DNA of 64,000 nucleotides from the human T2T-CHM13v2.0 reference genome, Homo sapiens. Positions within the stretch are counted from its first letter, which is position 1. The number at the start of each line of letters is the position of its first letter. Shown piece by piece: positions 40,886-53,855 of the stretch. Both the position numbers and the translations under genes were made by a program. The stretch is taken from NCBI RefSeq assembly GCF_009914755.1, contig NC_060935.1. One strand, written 5' to 3'. The notes beneath the pieces are model-generated. The model did not search any database. It was not told the origin of the DNA and was given only the letters and a program-made list of their open reading frames with translations.

Positions 40886-42104
40886 TTCTATCGTATCCCA
40901 AGTACTTTTCAGTAAAAAATATAAGCCACGGTCTTTAAGTCCAAGAATTCTGTTATGAATGTTCCATTCAGCAGTGCCAGTGGGCTAGGGAACTGTCTTT
41001 TCTTCGTTCTACAGCACTTGGCAATTCACTATAAACTTAGCCAAAGCCAGGCATACAGGCCTAGAAGTAAAAATTCCTATATAACAAACTCTTCTGCTCT
41101 CAGATTCTACACTGCTTCTTTTAAAATGCTTTTTAAAAAACTTAATTTTCTATCTATAAACATAGACAGTCATTAACATGAATGCTAATTGTTTTATTTT
41201 AGAAGTGATTATTTATGAGTAAAAATGTCATTTCTACATTAAAAAAATGTTTCCTCTATTTATTATTTCTTTCACTCAGCCTGACAATTTTCAAGAATAT
41301 GGGAAGCAAAAGTTGGAAGACATCTATACATTTGTATCAAGTCCATTCTTTAGGAGCCAGAGTGGGCTTTTTCCCTAAGGCTTTTGAAAGAGAAATGGAA
41401 ATAAATATATGATGACTTTAAAATAATAATCAAAGAATTACAGAGGCTAGAGAGTCAGCATCCCAGGGCTGGGATACCCAACCCCATCAGGGATATGAGA
41501 AGATAATATTTCTGTGGACACCAGTTATCGGTTTGAGAGTGAGAGGCTACTGTATATATGTTTTCAGCCAGAATGTTTGAAGCATCAGGGTATTTGAAGA
41601 TGATTCTCAAGGACACAAGGAAAACAACTATTATATAGCCCCACCCAGAATTGCTCCAGAGTAATCAAAATTAACAAAGGTCTATCTGCGGAGTAAGCAA
41701 GACCATCTGTCTCCAGACATGGCCATTAGGATCTGAAGTGACAACCAGAAAGACCAGATATATTTTCTGATGATTATCTCTATAAAATTATTGACAAAAG
41801 CCCATGTTGAGTCATGAAATGAAAATAATTAACATTTAAAGACATAAGGCAATCCTCAAAAAATTCACATTGTCCAAAAAATTCCTTCATTTAATAAAAC
41901 CAGGTGGTAATCAATAAACTCATTAGTAATGAGATTTTCCAACTTTAGCTTCTGGCATAAAAATATGCCTATTTTTGTCTGAAACAACACTAAGTATTAT
42001 TATGTATCATTAACAAATAAACTAAATTTGTATGTTTTTTAATGATAAGCAAGTGATTTTCAAACATATTTTTGCATTATTATAATTATCATACAAAAAC
42101 ATAG

Positions 42105-43550
42105 ATTGAAAAAAAAGCCACTTTATTTTGCAATGTCGCTCATCAAGGTAGTCTATTTACCCAACTGTATTTTGCATTTTTTCTCATCAAGGTAGATTTT
42201 GTTCATCCACATTTGAAACTGGTATGGCTTCATGAGTTGCTTTAGACCAGCAGAGTGTGGTAGACATGATATTATATGAGGGAACAGTTCAACCCACAGC
42301 AAGGACATTCTTTGTTGAAGAGGGAAGTTAACTACGAAAACTACTATTGAAAACTGAAAGAAAGGATGGTTACAAAATAATTGAAAAGACCATTACATAC
42401 AGTAACTTGAATAATAGAAAATATGCCAAATGAATTTGTATATATGGATATGGAGATTTCAAATAACATTGAAAATGTGATTTGCCTTTTGTGAGCTATG
42501 TAATGGGCAGGTATAAAAGCAAAGAGAAGACTTTAAAGAAAATGCATTCAATTGAAAGTAGAAAGTAGAGAAACTAAAAAAAATAACCAAGTACTACTTA
42601 ATTAGTAATTTTAAAAATGTCTAATGCATGTGGGGCTTAATACCCAGGTGATGGGTTGATAGGTGCAGCAAACCACCATGATACACATTTAACAAACCTG
42701 CAGGCCCTGCACATGTATCCCAGAAATTTAAATTAAATTAAATTAAATTAAATTTTTAAAAAATTGTCATTTTTTAAGTCTTTCCACCCTTCTATTTTTT
42801 TAATAAAAAAAATAGCTTCAGGATAAAGATTAATTGGAAAATAAGGTTGTAAAACTTCTTGTAAGACCTAAGTAAGATTTAAGGTGGTACCTAGTAAAAC
42901 CTTTTTGTAGTTCACTAGTCTCCTGATCAAGAAGGGTTGCAATAGGGATCCTCATTCACATCTGGACCTAAAGCAAATTATAAGGCTTCAGACATCAATC
43001 TTGGTGACATGTTTGGATCAGATATATGGGGTCTCACCAGAAAGTCAAAATGTTTTGCATGCTGAAGAGAAAGGACTCAATGGACGCAGAAGGTGGCCAG
43101 CAGCATATTGCTATAGTACTAACTCCAGAAGAACCATACTTCCTAGTATTTAAGCTATTAGGTAGCCCTTCCAACACTGATTCTGGCCTTCCTTTGGCCC
43201 ATAGGGCATCAACAAACACGAAACAAGCAGAAGTTCGAAAAGTGCTGATATATTGAGGCTTGATTCTTTGAAATGTGGCTTCTACCAGGTGAAGAAGCCA
43301 GAGATGAAGGAATATGTGGGGAGACAGCCTTTCTGGACAATCCAGCTGGGGTACCTATTACGTGAGCAACGCCGCTGTAGAACATGAGCCTCAAATGAGC
43401 CTCCAGATGAATGTAATTCCATGAGAAAGTTAAGGCGACACCAGCAAAAAAGTCAATCCAACCTACAGAATTATGAGAATTAAACTAATTGTTACTTTAA
43501 GCCACTATGTTTTGAGATAGTTTGTCATGCAACAATAGATTACTTCTATA
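42105..43550 (+). mobile_element. Composite MLT1 region (LTR 5' part, internal-like sequence, LTR 3' part)
   Basis: ttctcatcaaggtag...gagttgctttagaccagcagagtgtggtag; MLT-int-like cagtaacttgaataatagaaaatatgccaaatgaa; 3' end ctttaagccactatgttttgagatagtttgtcatgcaacaatagat. Confidence 0.6.
42622..42755 (+). mobile_element. Short L1PA (about PA8-11) 3'-end insertion with (TAAAT)n tail
   Basis: taatgcatgtggggcttaatacccaggtgatgggttgataggtgcagcaaaccaccatg...cctgcacatgtatcccagaa; flanks aaaaatgtc / aaaaattgtc. Confidence 0.9.
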
Positions 43551-44090
43551 TAAGGTAAATCCAATGTAGTATTTTGCATTCCATCTAATACACTTTGAAC
43601 TTTCAAATTAAAGCATTGAGTAAATACAAAATTTCAATTAAAATTTCTCTGAGACAGTATTTTTTCTGTATACATTTTAATTGCATGTACCACACTTTGC
43701 TAATAATTCTTATATTTATATTCAAGTTTCTTTATAAATCAAATATACTGCCAGGCCAGCAAAGCTCATCTGAATAAATTTTCTTTGAGAAAAAGACTAG
43801 AGTTTTTTTTTTTTTTAATTTTAGTATTGAATAGTGAATGTTCATCCTCAAGTATTAAGACCTAATTCAAACTCCTTACTTCTTTTCCTCTTCCTCTTCT
43901 TCTTTTAAATGCCCATCTGCTGAAGAAATCTATTTGACACAGCCAAACGAAAGAATATGGAAGTATTATGTTATAATTCATAGTTAAAATAAAGTCTGCG
44001 TTTGATTTTCTTTTCTTTTTTCTTTGTTTTTGCTTTTGGTACTCTGAAATGGGCATAAGATGACATGAGGAAATTAATATTATTACATAG

Positions 44091-44490
44091 TGTAGTAGAT
44101 ATTATTATTCACCAAAATATATTTTTCTCTATCCCTATAAAGTCAAAAATAATATACCTCCACATATCTATTATATGTGGCCTTGAGACTATTTCTAGGC
44201 CATGAAATGGAACAGAAGTTTCCTATGTTATTGTGGGGCCAGAGTGTTTAATTGCCGTGCTTGAGTCTTCAGTGCTCTATTCAACATAAACATTGCTATG
44301 TTGAGATAGTGCTATTATTGAACGATGGAGCTTTTATCAGCTAGTATTCCAGAGTGAAAACCACATGGAGTAGAGGCTCATAACAAGACAGACGTGCATT
44401 GTGAACAAGAAATAATCCTTTATCTTTAACCTACTGGGATTTGGGGATGTTTGTTATTATGGCACTACCTAACCTATCCTGCCTCCTACA
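44091..44490 (+). mobile_element. MLT1I/J-like MaLR LTR
   Basis: tgtagtagatatt...tgtggccttgagactatttctaggccatgaaat...gtgaacaagaaataatcctt...gatttggggatgtttgttattatggcactacctaacctatcctg. Confidence 0.8.
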
Positions 44491-46239
44491 TACTTCCATT
44501 GCTTCGCAAGCCAAGGTTCCACTATTGGCTGGCCCTGAATCTCTTACCCTTCCTCTTTAATTCTTCTATCAAAAATGTGCTCTATGTAGGTCCTCTAATT
44601 GGTAGATTGCACTATTCACATCACTGTTTATTATGATAGCTAAAAGGGAAGGCCCATATTTTCTTGGCTATGTTTTTGGGAAACCAAATAATTAGAAGAC
44701 TATAATGAGTATCATTCAGGCCTTCAATTTGAATTTCCCTGGGACATGAGGTGGTTATTATAGATGAGTTGAATAATTCCTTCATAATGGAAGTGGAGAA
44801 TCTGTCATACCTCCAAAAAAAAAAATCATTTCTATTTGCAGTTCTAAACTTGTCTAGTAGTGAAAAGGAAATGATTGAGCTTGGTAATATGATGAATAGA
44901 TTTTAATGCCTGAATTAAACTGACTGTTCATTTTTAACCACACAGGACTGTTAGCTATGTGAAAAGAGATCCATATATTGCTCAAAGAGATATGACAGTG
45001 CTTGCTACATAGTAGGTGCTGAATAAAGTTGTTAAGGCAATAAATAATATTCTATTCTAAAGTACACTTTTCTTGAACAAATCACAACTTTCATGACAAG
45101 TGGGAATGCTGACCAATAAGTAATGCATTTTGGAGACCAAATACTTAAGATTGTTTAATTCATTTGCCATAAATTAGTTCATGTGACCTCCTCACACTCC
45201 TAATGAGTATTCCTTATTAATAAGTAATCTAATGCTCTGAATTATTCTATAATTGTCTCAAAAGTCAACAAATTAACCATTGGCAGGTCATTTATTTTCT
45301 AATTCCCAGATTAAAACATTTTTTTAGGCCACTGTTTCCCAAGCAGTTGTCTTTTGGTACCATTTTCACTACTGTGGAAAAGTTACATCCTGTGAGGATA
45401 TAACTTCATATATCTATCTGTACTATTATTTAGTGAGTATATATTTGATTACCACACTTGTTTAACTTGAACTTATCTTCAACGAGTGTTTATATCACTA
45501 CAATAATTAGAAAATGAATACAATTTGCTATATATAAAAGGTAACTATAAAAATGAATTCAATTAAAGCAAATGATTAAACTCTTGACAGATATTGCCTG
45601 ACAAATGCTCTGAGGTGGGGGACCATTCTCTTTTAATATAAAAAGAAGTTAGGAAACGAAAGACATGTGAACACCAAACTGGGATTTTCTCCTTGATATA
45701 ATCAGATAAAATGAAATAGAATTAAAAAAGAAAACTTTTTTATAATTAGGTCTCTCGTTCTTAAGTGTTATTTAAAATTAAATTTATTTATATTCTCCGT
45801 ACCAACTGCGAAGTGCATGTTTGGCAATTTGTAAATGTTCTCTGGGCTACCAAGCTTCCCAAACCCCATATATTGGTGGAAGTATATGTTACTTTTTCCT
45901 CTATTTTTTAATATTATGCTTTCTCCTAAATATACATATACAGATATTTATGTATATAACCAGTTCAATTTCTCTACATTATTTTAGAAAAGCACTTTTT
46001 CAGCACACCTACCTTTGTTCACACAATACTAAAGAAGTTTGTCTTAATGTTATAGTGCCTATTTTGTTTATTTGTAATTTACTAATAGAATGTTTTTTTC
46101 AAGTTAAAATTCAAATGGATTCTTCAATAGTAATTTTATCTGCCTCAATGGATTATTTTTCCTAAGACCTCTGCCATTAATAAAATCACCTTTTCAAATT
46201 CTAATTTTTATTTTATTCATAATTTCCAAGGCAGATTTC

Positions 46240-47100
46240 TTAGAATTCCACATTTACTGCTTCCCGTTTGTGACCACAGACTAGCTCCTTAGCTCCTCAA
46301 AGACTCTGATGATTATTTTTAACTAATTATCTAAGGTCACCGTTAACATCTTAGTTGTTACAGGTTATAGACCCTTTTCTCCCCACATGTGTTTAACTAA
46401 TTGCTCCTACATGAACTCTCAACTTCCTTTACTTCTGTGAGGTTGGGATCACTTGGCTGTAACTGTATATGATTACATCTTTCCTCTTATGGCTTCATGT
46501 AGCACCTCTCTGCAAATAAATACCAACCACCAAGCTCCAGATTCTGTTTAGTTATTTACTGTCCATAGGAGACTAGATCCTCTTGACTGAGAAGAGAGAA
46601 TAGGATGTGTAACTCAAACTCTCCATTTGACAGACACAAAGTCAAACTTGACTTTCTGTGCCTCCTTACTGCTCATTCCTCATGTATTTCTCTCCTTTCT
46701 TTCCTGTTATTCTTATTGTCACTTTCATCTGTACAGTATTTTAATCCTAAAATCTTGGTTATCATCTCCTTGGCACTACATTTAAGCAATTGCTAATTCC
46801 TATGTTCTAGCTTAAAAGTATCCATTTCTGTCCTCATTCTGAGTGTCAATAATGCAGTTTTTTATATTACTTGTCTTATTTTATCAAAAAAATCTTCACT
46901 ATTCTTCTTTCTTCTAGTCTATTTTAATTCATCTTGAGCAAGACTGACAGCTTGTTGATGTCATTTTAGAAGGACACATCTGGTTATGTTGCTTCTCTGC
47001 CTCAAATCATACAATATCTTGCAAACATCCCAAAATAAAGTTAAAACTTCTTAGTCTGGAATTCAAGTCCTTATATCATCCAGACATTTACTGTATTAAA
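46240..47100 (+). mobile_element. Decayed L2
   Basis: ctaaggtcaccgttaacatcttagttg; cacatctggttatgttgcttctctgcctcaaa...aaaataaagttaaaacttcttagtctggaattcaag. Confidence 0.65.
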
Positions 47101-47696
47101 CCTCAACTATGAAATGTTTTTTACTTTTCATCTTTGATTGATCAATTAAAATTAGGTGGATTTAAATGACATAATTTCTAAAAATTTTGATTCAAGAAAA
47201 AAATGCATAAATATACATTCATTTGCCAATTGTTTCATAGAAAGCTTAGGCCATTTTTTAAAGTATGAATTTACCAGCTGCATCAATCACATATTTTTTG
47301 CAATATTAGAGTAAGTTCTTAGAAACATTTTTGAAGCAATTTATGTGTATAATACTTCTATATTTACAAATTTGTTCCTCCACACTTTTATAATTGTCTC
47401 TCCTCCAACCAATAATTATGCCATAATTTGCATGGAGTTCATCTATGCTGTGTGTTTTCCATGCACTAAGTTTGCATTTATAGAAGAGAAAAATCTTTTT
47501 TTTGCAGGTATATTTCTTTGCCTATATGATTTCAATTGCTATATATTTACAATAACAGGAAATATTAGTATAAATTGTTTTAGAAACAAAAGCAAATTAT
47601 TTTAGTTAACCATACAACCAATTTGTAGAGGCAGAAATGCACAAACATTGGATCAAGTGGTGCAGCAGCCCGAGTTTAGTATGTCATAAGCATCAG

Positions 47697-47775
47697 AAAT
47701 TGTGCCTTACAGAAAGCAAAGATTTTTCAGCAACGTGAAAAATTGTGCCTTACAGAAAGCAGGTTTTTCAGCAAC
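47697..47775 (+). repeat. Local tandem duplication, 43-bp period, 2 copies
   Basis: aaattgtgccttacagaaagcaaagatttttcagcaac then aaattgtgccttacagaaagcaggtttttcagcaac. Confidence 0.92.
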
Positions 47776-48108
47776 TCAAAATTGCTTAAAGGAGATATGC
47801 TGAAATTTCTATTTTCCATTATAATGATAGTTCTAACCTTTACTTCTGTCTTCTCTCCATTCATCCCATTCAAATGTACAACTACTTTAAACATATGTAT
47901 TCATCTTAAATTCTAACTCAAATCTCATTTTTTATGTTCAGTTTCTGGATGTCCCTACCTGAAATACCTTTCCTATTTAAACTACAATAACATTTTTATA
48001 CATGGATTTTGTATGATATTTTGACTTTGAATTATAGTTACGACCATGTATATTTTGTTTGTTATACGTGCTTGAAATATCAGTGTGGTTTCTGATTCAC
48101 TTTGTTAT

Positions 48109-48714
48109 TGTCAGAAGCATTTGAACCAGAGCGACCACATCTTGAATAGGTACTAAGTAAAATAAGGCTGAGACCTACAGGGCTGCATTCCCAGGAGGTT
48201 AGGCATTCTTAGTCAAGGGATGAGATAGAAGGTTGGCACAAGACAAAAGTCACAAAGACCCTGCTGTTGAAACAGGATGAGGGAAAGAAACTAAAACTTA
48301 CCAAGACCAAGATGGCAATAAAAGTTACCTCTGTTCATCCTCACTGTTCATTATACGCTAATTATAATGCATTAGACTGTTAAAAGACACACCCATCATC
48401 ACCATGACATCTTACAAATGCCATGACAACATCCAGAAGTTACCCTATGTGGTCTAAAAAGGGGAAGAACTCTCAGTTCTGGAAAACTCATGAATAATCC
48501 AACCCTTGTTTAGTGTATAATCAAGAAATAACTGTAAATATACTCAGTTGAGCAGCCTGTGCCACTGCTCTGGCTATGCAGTAGGCATTCTTTTATTCCT
48601 TTACTTTCTTAATAAAGTTGTTTTCACTTTACTCTATGGGCTTGCCCCGAATTCTTTCTTTTGTGAGGTCCAAAAACCCTCTTGGAGTCTGGATCAGACC
48701 CTTTTCCAGTAACA
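48109..48714 (+). mobile_element. MER41B ERV1 solo LTR
   Basis: tgtcagaagcatttgaaccagagc...ggctgcattcccaggaggttaggcattct...ttaccctatgtggtctaaaaagggg...ttaataaagttg...ccttttccagtaaca; TG..CA ends, flanks ttat/atat. Confidence 0.93.
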
Positions 48715-49999
48715 ATATCTTTCACAGAATTTAGCATGAAGAAAGTAAAATGAGTGGTGTTATCATAACATCTCCAGGCTAGTTCTTTGTGGATGCTGAG
48801 TTTTGGAGAAAAAGGAAAAAATGGTAGAACTTATACAGAATATTATTAACAAATGTGGGTAGTTTGACCATAGATATTCATTCATCAGATAGTTGGTGAG
48901 TATATTTAAAATGAAAACTTTTTAAATGTATTTTTAAAACTTTTAAGTTATTAAATAGAAGTTGCAGAAACAGACATTTATAGAAATGATGATATATCCT
49001 AATTGAAGAAATATTATGCAGTTACTTAAGATGATGCTTGCAGAGTATTTTGTATAAGAGAAAAAAATTCTGATAATGACAAGTGAAATAAAAAGCAAGA
49101 TACCAAACTAAAACTATGGTTTAAGCATATTACTGAACCTTAATGGAAAAATGCTGGAAATTAAAACACAAATGTTAAGCAATTGTGGGTGGTTTGTTTC
49201 CTTCATTGTTTGTTTTGTTCAAATTTTCTACTATGAACATTTTTATTTTTATGATAATAATGAAATAAATTGTGTCTTATTGCTTTTAAAGAAAGTTGCT
49301 CAATTTCCATTAATTAAATTAATCTTCTTTTATTAAGCAATTACTCTATTAATAGCTATTGACAGTTACCAAAAAGGACAATGTGGGCAGAACCATGGTG
49401 CAAATCACTGTTCTGTTGTTATCCCCAGGAATACAAATGAAGATGTAATGATATATTTTCAAAGTAAAAGGTGCTTGACTTTCAACTTCTAATCCAAAGA
49501 TAATATCAACAAGGGAAAAGCTAAATATGTGATAGAGATCACAATTTTTAATGTCCTACCTCAGAAGATAACAATAATGTCTTTTTCCCTTTAGGTAGCG
49601 AGGGCCTGAAATACTTTTTAGATATCTGCTATTTAATCTGGCAGAGTCTCTGGGAGATAAGAAAGGAACTAAACACACACAAGAGCAAAGACCATAGCTT
49701 TTCATCTCTTAGATGTGACCTGGGCCAAAGAATGTGAAGGTTTCCAGAGATTAAGGCCATCTCCATGGCACTAGGCTAATATACCCTCTGGGCGGCCTCA
49801 TCCATTGTAACACTACTCTTTCAAAGTTCAGGGCTAACCATAGGGGATGGTGGGGAAAGTGATCTCCAAAGAGAGTAGAAAATACTTAGGAGGAGAGCAA
49901 ATAGATAAAGGACCAACATTAATAGCACCATCATTATGGCTAGAAGTTTCTTGATTTTCTTGAAAAATACTCAGTTTCCTTGAATGTGTATCTGTTAGT

Positions 50000-50992
50000 T
50001 ATAAACTACATATAAAATCCTAATCCCCCCACCGCCCCCGCCAACCAACAGAATAGATACCCTCTTGGCCAAGGGGATCCCAGAGAAACCTTAAAAACTG
50101 AGTTTTCAGTCATAATGGGAATGGAGGTCGGACAAACCTCATTATACTCCCTCCACTTTAGAGTTTAGGAGCAACAACTTCCCAGCATTAATGTTAAAAT
50201 AGAGACTCTAAGACAGAACAGACTCTTTGTGACAATAAAGTACCAAATTGGAAACAAGATCTAAGGCCATGCAAAGCAAGAATTAGGTCACCCTTGCCCA
50301 CCATCAATCATGCTACATAGCATCCTTATCTTACCTTAAAGCATTCTTTTCTGCAGATTCCAAATTTTAGACAGAACCATACTCCTTTAAACAACTGCAA
50401 ATAAAAGAATCTATGAATCCACCTATAACCTGTAAGCCCCTGCTTCAAGATAGTCTGCTGAAACTATGTATACCTTCCAAGTATTGATTTATATCTGCCT
50501 GTAACTCCTGCCTTCCTGAAGTATATAAATCCACACTCTAATTCAACTGCCTTGGGACCACTTACTCAAGGCTTCTTGGGTTTGTGTTTTCACTGGACCA
50601 GAGTCAACTATATTGGCTCAGAATAAATTGCTTTATTTATTTATTTACTTATTTACTTATTTTGAGGTGGGGTCTCACTGTGTCACCCAGACTGAAGGCT
50701 GTGGTACAATCACAGCTCACTGCAGCTTTGAAACCCTAGGCTCAAGCAATCCTCCCACCTAAGCCTCCTGAGTAGCTGGGACTACAGGAGCACACTACTA
50801 CAACCAGATAATGTATTTATTTCTTTATTTTTGTAGAGACAGACTCTCTCTGTGCTGAACAAGCTGGTCTCAAACTGCTAGCCTCAAGCAATTCTACCAC
50901 CTCAGCCTCCCAACATGTCAGGCACAGTGGCACACTCTGGGATTACAGGCATGTGCCACTATGCCTGGCAGAATAAACTTCTTTAAAATATA
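50000..50992 (+). mobile_element. MER4-group ERV1 LTR (LTR49/LTR54-like), interrupted near its 3' end by AluJ
   Basis: taaaatcctaatcccccc...cctcttggccaaggggatcccagagaaaccttaaaaactgag...gtatataaat...tattggctcagaataaa. Confidence 0.8.
50636..50969 (-). mobile_element. AluJ with (TTTA)n tail and 17-bp TSD
   Basis: ggctcaagcaatcctcccacc (J-type); TSD cagaataaattgcttta (50619-50635) / cagaataaacttcttta (50969-50985). Confidence 0.94.
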
Positions 50993-51071
50993 ACCACTAA
51001 CATAGTAGTCATCCTAGGAATCTCCTCATTGTATGGTCAATAACTTTCCAGGTTAATTTCTCTTAAAAGGT

Positions 51072-51397
51072 AGAATATTTCCTAGGGCTGCTGTAACAAA
51101 GCACCACAGACTGGCTTAAAACATCAGAGATGTATTGTCTCATACCTCTGGAGGCTAGAAGTTCAAAATCAAGGTGTTGGCAGAGCTATGCTCCTACCCA
51201 AACCTCTAGAGGAGGATCCTCTTTTTATAAAAGACCAGCCATTGGATGAAGTGCCCACTCTAATCCACTGTGACCTCATTTTAACTTAACTAGTTACATG
51301 TCCAATGACTTCATTTCAAAATAAAGGCATATTCTGAAGAAGTGAAGGTTAGGACATCAACATATCATTTAGGGTGGATACAATCCAACTAATAACA
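51072..51397 (-). mobile_element. MLT1C-like MaLR LTR with internal deletion
   Basis: ttcctagggctgctgtaacaaagcaccacagactgg...ctggaggctagaagttcaaaatcaaggtgttggcag...ggttaggacatcaacatatc...taataaca. Confidence 0.88.
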
Positions 51398-51594
51398 GGT
51401 GGGTAAAAAGAAAGATCCCCCACCCAAACAATAAAAACAAAATGAATGAACACCATGAACACCCCAAGCCATTTGTTTTAGTAATACAACTATCATTATT
51501 TGAAAGCTGAGGACATAAGGATAAAACTATCTCATTATGAAAGTCAATAAACTACTGTCTCATTGAGAGACATCATGAAAAATGATTCTGCCAT

Positions 51595-51624
51595 CACATA
51601 TACACATATACACACACACACACA
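51595..51624 (+). repeat. (CA/TA)n microsatellite
   Basis: cacatatacacatatacacacacacacaca. Confidence 0.85.
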
Positions 51625-52554
51625 GGCCTGACTAAAATCACAGTCCATGGCTCCTTAACATTGACACATGGCCATAAGGGTTGTGAGCATAAATTTCTTC
51701 ATCTCTGCATGACAGAAAAGAAAATTTTTTCTCCTTTCAAATCTGCTAAAAATCTCTCTAATTTTGCAAAGTTTTGGCTGTGTTCCATTTCTGCCTAGAC
51801 AAGCTTGTCTTTCAGGCTTCAGCAATCAAGAATAGGGGAGGGGCAAAACAATAAAAAACAGACGTGCTAGACAAAGAAAGTGAAATTTAGGAGCTAGGGA
51901 AGGAGAGAGAGAGAGGGTAGAGTTAAAAAGACAGGCATTTGGGAGTATCTGAAGTATGTGGTAAAATGGGAACGAAAACATGGCAATAACAAATGGAATA
52001 AACAATTGTTTCATTAATGAGTTTGACATATACAAAGTAAGAACTTGAATCTTTACATCCCTTGGACTTTCTAGGAAGTTATTTCAATCTCAGTGATCAG
52101 TGATACCACACTATTGATCCACATAGGCTACATATACATTAATGTTGTATGTAAAATTGGGATAGTGTTACTATGCTGAGTGATGCCAAGAAGAAGATAA
52201 GATTACCCAATAAACCCTTTAAGCAGTGTCTGACATATAATAAATGCTCAATAAAAGTGACAACACTTATGCCTTCGTTCTACCTTACTGCTCACTGAAT
52301 GCTTATAATTACTGTGTAATGGAATAATACCAATAGAATGCTAATTGCCCAGAGACATTTAGTGACTCTTAACACTCCAGAGATAGGACCATTTTTATAT
52401 TAAAAAATCAAATAGCACTCTGGCTAACATATCAAGCTGACATCCAGGAGAATTAGATCTGGTTCCATGAGTGCATGCCCTTTGCACCAGTTACAATTGT
52501 AACCCTTATTGGACATCTACACAATAGGCATTTATTGAGTATATACTGTGTGTT

Positions 52555-53100
52555 CATCCATCCAGCCATTCATCCATCAATCTAGCCATTCATCCATTCA
52601 TCATTTATTCAAAAAAACACTTTCAGAGTGCCTGCATATGTCAGGCAGTGGTCTAGGAAGTGGATATACAATGAAGAACAACACACGCTTTCCCTACTTT
52701 TATGGAGTTACATTCTAGTGTTGGGAACCAATAAGACTAAACATAAGGAAATAACATGATTTCTGGTTTTCTGGCTTCTGTGGCAAACACTGGAAATAAA
52801 ATCTTACGCGTGTAGGGGGCAGGAAGTATGGGTATAAAGGTGTTATAGAGCGGTTCCAGGCAAAGGAAACAATATGTGAAAAGGATCAGAGGTAAAACTC
52901 ATGGTGCATTTCTGGACTGCAACTCAGTTTATATTGTACAGATGAACAAAAGAGATGGGGAAATGCTGGAAATACAACTAGAGGGATAAAGAATACAACA
53001 GTTTCCAGGACACATTAAATCATACATCAAGAATGCATGACTGTATCCTAAGACAAAGAGATACAATTGAAAGATGTTAAGTTGGGCATTTAAGCACTGT
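52555..53100 (-). mobile_element. L2 3' end with (CATC/CATT)n tail
   Basis: cattcatccattcatcatttattcaa...gagtgcctgcatatgtcaggcagtggtctagg...tatggagttacattctagtg...ggttccaggcaaaggaaacaatatgtgaaaagg. Confidence 0.8.
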
Positions 53101-53513
53101 GTTTCATTGATATTTTTCCGACAGCAGTTATTCAAATTTAGAGACTAAATGAAAAGATAACTAATTTGAGGATCTTGGCCTAGAGTCCTTTCCCACCCTG
53201 GCTTCTGGCTTCAGGTGCACCTCTTTCCACGTCTATGCACATCTCGTTAGACTCGAGTTGCCTTTCTGATTTCTGATTTTGAATACTTCCATTTTTCCTC
53301 TCCTTCCCACTACCAAACTGTCAACTCAGCTCAGTTATCGAGCCCAAGAATTTGCACTTAGCCACTGCCTATAAGGAATTGTTGCTGCTTCAATACCAAC
53401 TCCCTCTGCCACAAGGAAAAGCCTTAACTTTAAGTGTGATATTGCCTACATAAATTTTGTGTCACCATTTTGGTAAAAGTGTTTGGTTTCAACTGGCTTA
53501 AAAGTGCCCTTTA

Positions 53514-53855
<342 letters not shown>

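Noticed and set aside
47697-47775. CRISPR-like repeat-spacer array
   Set aside because: Only two adjacent copies with no unique spacers, in a primate genome with no cas genes.
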